DNA of 49,509 bases from Chlorokybus atmophyticus (lineage: Eukaryota; Plantae; Mesostigma and Chlorokybus algae): NCBI GenBank assembly GCA_009103225.1, contig RHPI01002568.1, forward strand, positions 605,729 through 655,237, in the 5' to 3' direction. A model generated the notes under the pieces. It had not been told where the DNA came from. It did no database searches and worked only from the letters and a program-made list of their open reading frames with translations. Position 1 is the stretch's first letter. Every line of letters begins with the position of its first letter. Shown here in pieces: positions 40,275 to 49,509 of the stretch. A program made the translations under genes and the position numbers.

Positions 40275-40374
40275 GCAGACATACGGTGTCAGTAGTGCAC
40301 TCTATGTTTAGGGGCAAATGCCTGGTCGAAAGTCATGAGATGTGTTTAGGGGGATTCTGGAGAATGGAAGCAGC
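40275..40374 (+). pseudogene. Degenerate duplicate of one dapL exon (37632-37731)
   Basis: Ungapped 100-nt alignment; 19 mismatches by hand count. Confidence 0.8.
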
Positions 40375-41902
40375 AGTTCTCAAGTCCCACCTACCACAAC
40401 ATAACAACATGATTACAGTCTTGCTCATCTGATGTGGCCACACCACAAACACACAGATCGTCTTGTGGCGTCACGCACAAGTTGTGTTGCGCTGAGTGTA
40501 ACACTTCAAGTTCTTACCAATTGTTGTCTCACTTACTTTACGAGCATGCTGTTGGTTAGCTTGGCTGACTCATGCACAAGCATCAAGACCTTATTGCACA
40601 TGATGGAAGGAAGTCCCTCCAGCTGCACCGGTGCACTGCTGAGCACCTTGCAAAGGAAGGCACAACACCGCACATAAGAAGGAGAGGACGACGACAAGCC
40701 CCTTCAGCTCCCAGCAAGGAGAGGATGATCACCAGCCCCTCCACTCAGCTCCCAGCCCTGGCATAGAACCACACCGTGTGGCGTGACGCACATATACGAT
40801 CGATAGTGCAGCTGCACACAATCGGCCATGTGGGCATTCAAATGCTTGCCAAAACGCTGACATCATGATGCCTAACGGGGAGGTCGCTAGTGGTCACATC
40901 TACTCTAGTACCATCTGATTAAGTAGAGAATAGCAGTGGATGGCACTCGTTTGGTGGTTGTGTATGTGATGATGTTGTGATGTACTATGAGTGAGTGCTT
41001 ATGTGAATGTCATGCATACGCGATTGTACGACACCACACTTATTCTGTACACACAGCTTCATACCCCACACGGGATGGGAGAGGGCTGTCATGCCTATCG
41101 CCCATGCATGCCAGTCGTCATCGGGCATGCCTACAGCGAGACCATCGCCCGGCTTACCATCATGGCAACCCGCGCGCGTCTCTGACCAGTAGCTAGGTCA
41201 TGTCTCTAGAGTAGCTCATGACCATAGCCTACATAGGCACCGCGCGTAGCTGTTCAGTTGTGACTTCAGTTATAAGTCAGGTTCTATATCGAGTGGGAAT
41301 TTCCTGGGGAAATAGCCTTAATATGACCATTAGCTTATGTTCTGGACAGTCATGAGTTGACTTGTATAAGTAAGCACAGTGTTCACCAGATCAGCTGGTG
41401 ACACTGTAAGTGAGAAAGCTAAGAGCTTGTGAAGCGACTTGAACTACGAAACACACCGTCCCGGTTCCCAAGAATCCCCTCACCGTGTGAGAGCCTGTGC
41501 ATGTTCTTGTGCACTGTGCTTGTCCTTGCTGTGAGCTTTGTGTACTTGGTCGCGGTGTGCTTGTTGGCATCAGTTAGGGCATAGCATCCACGTGTTGCTT
41601 GCTCATTCACCTCACTTAACAGTGCAATTTCTCTTCCACTCACGCAAAGAACTGTGTAAACAGCACTACCTATAGTAGTAGCTTGTTGACTTACAGTGTC
41701 ACCCTTTTTGCTCAAGTGAGTGTAGTTGCAGGCTGTACATCAGCATCGCAATCTGTAGTTGTACACATCACAGTGCAGTGTTGTCACCGTCATCGCATAG
41801 CGCGCACAAGCGCTAGTGTGTTGGGTGATAGCAGCACTGGAGATTCCATTGTAGAGCACAAACACTCTACCCTTCATCCACTTTCACCATCGCATCAGCT
41901 GT

Positions 41903-43199
41903 ATGAGCAGGCCCACCCCTTTCTCGCCAATAGAAGAAGGGGACCTCAACAGCTGGAGCCCAACCTCCAACCTTACCTACGAGCGCGCAAGTGAAGGGAG
42001 CAATTACCGTAGCAGCAGAGGCGCACGCCCCGTCTCCGGCTTCACCTCCTCTCACTCCACTCCTCGCCAACGAGCATCTCCACCACCGTCGGACAGTGAC
42101 GACGAAGAGATGGAGCCTTCCAGCTCAACCAACTCCCTACGCTTCTCCGGACGCCCTGGCACCACCTCACTTGACGAGTTCATCATCAAGTTCCACTCCA
42201 AGATGCGGCAGCAAGCCCTCAAGAGCAAGGACTGGACAGATGAGGTATCGTTTCATGTGTCCGCTCAATACCTTGATCACGAAGCACATGATGTGTGGAA
42301 GTCCGTCGCTGAGTTGCACAAGAGTGATGGCTATGGCGAGTTGGTCAGCACGATAGCCGCCACGTCACTGCACAGCCCATCGGTTACTGTCCCTGTAGCA
42401 GCGGCCCCGCCCGCCTCAGTCACGGGTCTCACTCTAGCTGCAGCCATGGAGAAGGCAGAGAATGGAGAAGTTGAGGTGGTAGTGGCCTCATTGACTCCTG
42501 CAGAGATCGAAAGCAAGAAGGCCGAGCGCCGGATCAGGATACTCAACCGCACCGCTGCCATCATCAGGGAGCAACAAGAGGAGCAGCAAGCTGCAGCATT
42601 GGAGATGGGTACACCCCTGCTACCAACACCGAACTCGCGTGCTCCAGCGGGAGGTTGTGTTTTCACCCTCGGTTCAGTGGCATTGCGTGCACCTGCGCTT
42701 ACGGTGGGCGCGGCCATGTCGGACTCCCCGTTGAAAGACCTCTACGCCGCACTCCGGCGCACCTTCCCACCTCAAATCAACAGCAAGGTGGAGGAGTTGA
42801 GGCGTTTTCGACGGAAGCCCCACGAGGACCCTCTCCGACTGTATTCACGGTTGGAAGGGTTGCTTAAAGACACTGACTACAAGATTGTCAGTGAGGAGGC
42901 GGCAGCAGTGGTGTATGTGGCCGAGTTGGATCCCACCCTGAGTGAGTCAACGCGCCTGACGCTGAATTACAGCAGGCCCCTCGGCTACACCCTCAAGGAA
43001 GCTTTCGACACTGCACAAGCCATCCATAAGCGTGCAGTGTATGAGAAAGCGGTGCTGGATACCAACCGCAGTGCCTCACGGCCTATGGCAGGCACAAGTG
43101 CAGAGCCTCTTCGGCGGGACCGCAGCCGAGAGCCGCAAGGCATCCACTACAAGGATATACGGTCAGCTCATGCTGCCCTTGTGGCTCCAGTGCTGTCGT
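41903..43199 (+). mobile_element. Retrotransposon Gag-like ORF (Ty3/Gypsy- or DIRS-type capsid), interrupted by Plavaka copy B
   Basis: Intronless; FSGRPGTTSLDEFIIKF, QYLDHEAHDVW, LYAALRRTF, EELRRFRRKPHEDPLRLYSRLEGL (MHR-like), TLKEAFDTA. The last codons of the called ORF come from the element terminus. Confidence 0.7.
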
Positions 43200-43759
43200 C
43201 GCAAATTTTACACGGTGACTGATTAAGGACTGAGGGACTGACTGGTGCCTGAGCCTGCCTGAGCATGCCTGTTGCTGCCTGAAATATTACTTTTGGACTG
43301 TTGGGTTTGCCGTTGGCTTAAGTGGACTGACGCAGACGGCCGCGGGCCGAAAGTGGTTGTCAGTGGCACTAACCGGCCGAGAGTTGTCAACCAGTTACCC
43401 TTTGGTTGATGTGCACAGACGGCCGTTGACCGGTAGTTACGGACAGCTGACAGCAATAGCCGGCAGTTTCTTTGCCGTTACACTGCTGTTAATATGTGAC
43501 CCTTGCCATTTGACAAAAGTTGGCAATTCTTGCCGTAAGCCAACACTAACATGCCATGCAGCTTGTACAAACCTTGGACTGATTGTTTGGTCTTGCACCT
43601 AAAAGCCCACAATATATACAATGTACGGGCAGTGGTGAGAGTATGTCCACTTACAACTGAGCAGCCGACTTGCGCATGAAACTATCCTATAACATTGAGT
43701 CTAGCTGTCGGACTCATGCGCAGCTTGTCAACCCGTGGTGCCTGCCTCAGAACTCCTCC

Positions 43760-44799
43760 TCAAACCCCCTCCTCCTGTTCCTCCTCCGACGAGTCTTCTG
43801 CTTCAACGCCGGAGTCATCTTCATCCGCTGCCTCGCTCGCTGACATTACAGCGGCTACTTCGTCCTTCAGCTTGAATGTCAGCGCCTCGCCGTGCACGCG
43901 CATGCGCTTGATGGTCGCTTTGAGAGTGACCACCTGCATTTGGTAATGCTGTAAGAGTGGCGTGCTGCCAGAGGACTAGCCCATCAGCATACACACGCTT
44001 ACCTCGTCTTCCGCTTTGTTGCACTCCGCCAGGCAGACAGTCAGCCTGCCGCGCTGCTCTTGGTTCACTCTGACCAACATGGCAATCTGCAAGCATACTG
44101 CTTAACTACCGCTGGAAACATTAAACTAGGTCATAGATTACCCGTTCGTTTGACTCCGTAGCTTCTCTTTTGCGACTTGTGAGCTCCCGCAAGTAGAAAT
44201 AGGCTGTGCATTTGCGAGATTGGTCATGCTGTTCATGTGCATGACACTGGAGGTTGTGCATGAGGGTGTGCATGTCGTATTGACAATGTATGTCAAGTGC
44301 AAGATACTTGAGGCTGTGCATGTGCAAGATAAAAGAACCCTAGCATGTGGCATTGACAGTGCATCGTAACCCACCTTGGTTATGCCAGTCTTGTTTGGTC
44401 CCTTCAATCATGTCGCCGTGGTCGCAGCTGCTGGTGGGTCGGATTTTCTTAGAGGCAGTATTGTGGTGTGCCTTTGCCCACTCGGAGGGGGAGCCCTGTA
44501 AGATATCGCCCGAGTCACTGTTGTCATTGGATGTGCCCTTGGTAGTCTTGGTGGGGTTTGACACCGAGGACACCCCTCCGGCACCCTGCCCGCCCTGTGC
44601 GAACATGGAATTCATCCCGGACCTCGACCACAATGCCCACTACGCCCCTGGCAGCGCCGCCAACGATCTTCCAAACGCCACATACCCTCGGCATCACGCC
44701 CCTGTAAGGGCATAGCTTGGCGGAGCTATCAATGGTGTTTTCATGCGCAGGGGGACTGACATTGCCAGAGTTGTCAATGGTACGAACTGCCATTGCCAT
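43760..44799 (-). CDS. Element gene W, copy B
   Basis: Reverse complement of 9880-10919, same length. Confidence 0.55.
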
Positions 44800-45000
44800 T
44801 GTACAAAGGTACCATTTCAATGGTACCTTTGTATAATGCCTATACCTTGGGGCAAAGGCATCTTCGTACCATTGAAACGGTTCAATCAGAATATATATGT
44901 ATATATATATATATCCAGACTCACCCTGGACGTTCAATGGCTCGATCGTACCATTATAATGGTACGACGGAGCCAGTGACTGGCGGCCAAGTTTCCCGCC
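44775..45000. promoter_or_regulatory. Promoter hub 1, copy B
   Basis: 9-mer sites at 44777, 44864, 44946, 44959; hairpin 44797-44838 (one mismatch); TTTCCCGC at 44992. Confidence 0.55.
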
Positions 45001-45130
45001 TCTGGCATGCAAGGGTAGCGGTAGCGGTGGCGGTGGCGGTGGCGGCGGCGGCGGCGGCGGCGGGTGTGCGTGTTGCTGGATATGATGCAGGTTACATTGG
45101 CGACACCTGTGTCGACGTTAGTAGTGAGAT

Positions 45131-48100
45131 ATGGGAGTCCTTTGTCCGTATTGCCACATGCGCTTCGCCACACGCAGCTCGGTCTACATGCACATTATTA
45201 GCAGCAGGGTGTGCAAGCAGATCAAGCTGTATGTCGGCCAGCGTCCATTACAGTACGATGCGGGTCATGTTGAACCGGGGAGTTCGATCCAGGATGCTCA
45301 CATGCTTGATGCTGAAGGATTCCTCCAGGAGACACACGCACAGCAGCAACAGGAGGAGGAGGAAGTGAACGAGGGCTTTCGATGTGTGCGTGTGCCTGAG
45401 AAACCTGTGGCACGCCAACATGGAAGTGGAGGCGTCCCTTCGCACGCGTCGGAATCCAGGTGGTATGGCTCGGAGCATGCTCTTGCAGTGGCATTCGTGC
45501 AGTGCAACAACGGCCAAGGCCTGTCGGCCTCCGACATGGGGCGGATCATCAAGTGCATCCGAAATGCACACTTCCTGACGGAAGACCTCCAGTGGGAGAC
45601 CGGTGTGCATGCGGCCAGCTACCTCCGGACCACGATTGCTTTCTCTCAGTCTGAGGTGTGTTCACGGTGTGCGGTGCATGTGCTTCAACCATCAGAGCCA
45701 TGTCACATATGCACATGCGAGTGTGCTGCCGTATCAGAACTACGTGACGGCTGACCTGCGCAAGCCTGGAGACCCTGAGGATCAGGACATCTGCGTCACA
45801 TATATGCCGGCCAAGGTCTGTGAAATGCAGTACCTAATGCAGTATCGATGCAGTATCTATTCTGAGGCCAGCATAGTAAGTAATGCTCTTGGTCGGAGCA
45901 GGTATGGCTCGCGCGGTTGTATGGCAATCCACATGCCGCCAATGGCTTCAATCTCCAGTACACTGGTGACGAGCACAGCTTTGGCCATCCTTCCACGGGC
46001 GATTGGTGGAAGGATGTGGAGGTGGATTTGAGGAGAGAGGTGGGGGAAGCGTCCTACTTGGCGCCTGCCATTCTGTACAGTGACAAGACCACGCTGGACA
46101 GCGCGGGCAAGCGCTCTGGCTACCCTCTGATGGCATCGCTTGCCAACTACAGTTGGGACATGTATGCTAGCAACATGGGGGTTGTTATGATAGCGCTTCT
46201 GCCGGTGGTTCACGCAGTGGCCGGGCATCCCACCTGGGCGCAGGGCAAGGAATCGTTCTCCATTCGGAAACGTGAGATTTTTCATGACGCTTTGAATGTA
46301 GTGTTAGGGGATGTGAAGCGGGCGAGTTGGGAAGGTCTGCAGCTCATCGACCCGAATGGCATCGAGCGTCGTGTGTTTCCCGCGCTTGCCAACTACATCA
46401 GCGATTTGCAGGTAGTGGGCATGAATGGTTGTAACCGGATGCAGCCCGCCAGCAAACAGTGCATGGAGGATGTTGTCAGTAGAACATCTGAGTTTGTCGT
46501 GTTGTAGGAGACTGCCACACTCGCACGCACTGTGTCGGGCAACCAAACACGACATCCTTGCGATGTTTGTCTCGTCACCAAATCAGATCTGTTGGAGATG
46601 GATGAGGACCGGGAATTGAGAACCGAGGCCTTCTACACACCAGCAATACGTCAGCTGCGGGCGGACCTGCATAGCGGTGTTAGGAATGCACGCCAGACAG
46701 CCAAGGCTTTCAAAGAGCAGCACTCCATGCATGTCGAGGAGGTAATGGTCAAATTACCGGCATTCGTGAGGATGAATGGCTTTCCGTGAAACCAGGCAAT
46801 GTGGTTTGGCAACAGAATGCACTGTGGGGTTGGCGACAGTCGCGGGTGCCGGGAGCTGACTGCTACTCTCGTCTTGCCCCTGACGCAATGCATGTGCTGG
46901 GAGGCATCATTGACCACCTGCTTGCTGCTGTGTACGACGCCGCGAAAGAACGAATGCGTCCATCCACGAGACAGATTCTGCAGGCCAGGCACGTCTTTGG
47001 TGTTGCTTTTGTGTTGAACACAAAAGCCAACAACACGTGCTCACGAGCAGATGTGCACAGGCTGAATGCATGCAAGGCGACTCTGCGGGTTTCGCACTTC
47101 AAGGCACCCACAAGCACAGTAGATTTCTTCCTGTCCGACCACTCCTTTCAGGTGGTGGAGAAAGTGGCGGTGCTGCAGCTGCTGCCGGTCCTCGCAGACG
47201 GTTTGCTGCTCGACAGTGAGGGCAACGATTTCTTCACCATTGCTGCCGCATCGCTTGCCCAGTGGAACAAGAAGTTGCTGAAGGCGCATGAACACACAAG
47301 AGAGACCCTGACCACAGCCGACAACGAGCTGGCTGCCTTCAAAGCTGCAGTGTTGCATCCGCTACTGTCGTCATATTCTGCACAGAAGTCAGGTTGGAAG
47401 ATCGAGAAAATGCATCAGCTCACTCATTTTGGGCCGGCAATTGTCAGCAGTGGACACCCAGATTGGTTCAGCGCCAACCGCATGGAGCAGACGCACGCCC
47501 AAAATATCAAACGGTGGGCGCGTGGTGGCAACAACCGGGACTACCAGGCACGTATCCTGAAGGCATGGAGCTGTGCGGAATATGTGAGAGAGGATGGCAT
47601 GGTCGTGGATCCCGAGATGCGCTCGGTCATGGCGCAGGCGCGACAGCAGTGCGGTAATGTCATGAAAAAGACGGACAAGTTGCTACGGATGGATGTGCTG
47701 ACAAGGAGGGAGTCCAGCCCGTACTGGAGCGGATCTGCGCGTAGCCGCCAAGTCGCCTTGAAGACTTTATTTGCCAACAAGCTGCCTGCCACCCTGGTCA
47801 GCTGGTTGAGGAGGGAACAACTGGAGTTGGCCGACGGGTGGCGTGCTGTTCGCGTGGTGAACGGAGGCGCAGCGGTGTACATGACATCAGGAGTCAGCAT
47901 GGCGCGCGCAACTGGGATGTTCCATGGGCGGCCTTGGTTCCTACACTTGAGTTTGAAGGTGATGAGGACGGTGTGAACGTGACGTGGTGGGCTCAGGCAC
48001 TCCTTTTTCTGCGCGTGGTGGTGTGGGGTGGTAGCGGCGAGCGCGTGTGGAAGGAGGTCGTGTTTGTCCGCTGGTACACGAAGCTGGATGTGACGAGCGA

Positions 48101-48272
48101 CACAAAGTGCATCGCTCTGGAATGGGAAAAGCGTCGAGGCGGTCCACATCTCGATGTCGTGACTCTGGAGCAAGTAAAAGGCATTGTCCAGCTGCTCCCC
48201 ACGTTTGACAAGGACAGCGCCCGTGTACAAGAGGGCAAGTATTGGATGAACGTTCACTGCACTTCCACGTGA
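45131..48272 (+). pseudogene. Plavaka transposase, copy B (N-terminal C2HC zinc finger; 1-nt frameshift at about 47940)
   Basis: Exons 45131-45655, 45738-45815, 45902-46411, 46508-46741, 46816-end (one more intron possible); CPYC-x12-H-x5-C; full set of Plavaka motifs including YISDLQE..CDVC. Confidence 0.9.
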
Positions 48273-48475
48273 CACATGTACTTGTCTCACTACTCTGAGT
48301 TTGGAGCATATCAGTCAGTTAGGCATTGCTAATCGTATGCTAAGACTTTTGCATGTGGACGTGTACAATACCGGGCAGCTGTCACTGCACAACTGTCACC
48401 ACAATCGAATGTGCCATGCAACATTCAACAATCAGTCCGCCGTGTGGCATTAAGCATCAATACAGTGCACCACAC

Positions 48476-49049
48476 TCAAGCCTCATAGTTCCATGACACA
48501 GGAGGGTAGTCACAGCGCATATCCATTGTTTCAAGCATGAGACGCCCTATGCACTCCGCCATTGCGGGAGGAACTGCATTCGCTATGGAAACGGCCGAGG
48601 TCATCCATGGCACTCCCAGCGCTGTTTGCCACGCAGCAATGCCGCCCCTGGTGCTTGGAAGGCCATAGACCGGGTACATCTGCTGTGGCGCGTTTGATGT
48701 CACGATTGTCTTCTTCGCGCTAGCGGACAGGTGCGGCGATAGCAGTCCAACTGCCTTGCCCGCGTGCGAGCAGCGTGCTGGTGGGGTAGCTACCACTGGT
48801 TGTATCTCAAACAGACGGTGTCGGAAAGTTGATAGGCCAAACATTGTGCCACAAAGGGACAGATTGGGTCTGAATGAGGAAGCTGCTCCTGGCACATTTT
48901 ATCACAAACTTGACCTGGCTTGCAAGCAGCAGACGTCGGACGAGCGGTATCATATCCTGGTGTCTCCAGGATGTGCCATGTGCCGCCCGTTGAGGTGCCG
49001 GGATAGCACCTGAATAGGCCTGGCATGGTGGACTGGCCCAGAAGAGCTC
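48476..49049 (-). pseudogene. Intronless phage/bacterial-type C5 cytosine DNA methyltransferase (motifs IV-X; motif I deleted; 2-nt deletion at ENV)
   Basis: ELFWASPPCQAYS (IV); KFVI[E]NVPGA (VI, broken by ATAAAATGTG in place of ATAGAAAATGTG); LCGTMFGLSTFRHRLFE (VIII); IANAVPPAMAECIG (X). Confidence 0.85.
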
Positions 49050-49509
49050 GGTGCAGAAGCCACATCGGTTGTTGCATTGTGCTGTGGTCTCGCCGGTGGC
49101 GGCAAGAAGGATTGTTGCCCCGCAATCACCGGTGCTGCTCGTGGAGGAGATGGCAGTGCACGAAGGACTGGTGCCGCGGAAGGTGGTTGCGCTCTGGCTG
49201 GGAGGGGAGCAGGAGCTGCAGGTGAGACCACTTGTGCATGCAGCAAGGGGGGCTGTATACAGGACCCAGGAGAGAGTAAGATGGCTCACAATGTTGCAAA
49301 GGACGAATATAAGCTTATGCAGTGCCTGATGCATTGTTACCAAGGCACGAGCATAAAAGACAGCGACTTACCTCGATGGCCCGTGGGCTGCATGGAGCAG
49401 GGGAAGCCATGGGGGCTGACAAGATGGTATTGGCTGCACTCTCCCCGCCACCCTCGATGGCAGACTCGTCACGGAGCTCTTGAGCCATGGGCACATCATG
49501 CGCCACTGC
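49050..49509 (-). pseudogene. 5' exons of the OTU gene in copy B, fused out of frame to the MTase by deletion
   Basis: Reverse complement of 2647-3101; similarity ends at GCTTCTGCACC. Confidence 0.8.

Larger units (their letters stand above)
43200..49509 (+). mobile_element. Plavaka cargo element copy B (intact left end; runs off the right edge; internal deletion)
   Basis: Starts CGCAAATTTTACACGGTGAC, the same boundary as copy C; contains W, hub 1, transposase, MTase and the 5' exons of the OTU gene. Confidence 0.9.

Noticed and set aside
41000-41900. Possible 5' LTR upstream of gag
   Set aside because: No second copy in the window and no clear TG..CA/PBS boundary; cannot be supported.

Overview
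Eukaryotic, intron-rich DNA from a green-lineage organism, most likely a green alga. This rests on plastid-targeted dapL and ctpA, a DRT111/SPF45 gene and a GT29 gene; the species cannot be determined. The centre (about 16-41.9 kb) holds host genes: an orphan gene, a sialyltransferase-like GT29, two small Pro/Gly/Tyr-rich genes, ctpA, SPF45 and dapL. Both flanks carry pieces of one large multi-gene Plavaka-family DNA transposon: copy A 1-11216 (-), a right-end fragment 11217-13621 (+), copy C 13682-15955 (-), and copy B 43200-end (+), which is inserted into a retrotransposon gag ORF. Merging the copies reconstructs an element of at least about 13 kb: left end - <gene W - promoter hub 1 - Plavaka transposase> - <intronless phage/bacterial-type C5 DNA methyltransferase - <RING/OTU gene - promoter hub 2 - gene X> - 53-bp tandem repeats - right end. 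Both hubs share a clustered palindromic 9-mer (TCGTACCAT). Every copy in the window is frameshifted or deleted; some 1-2 nt indels could be assembly errors. All domain calls are by motif recognition, not database search.
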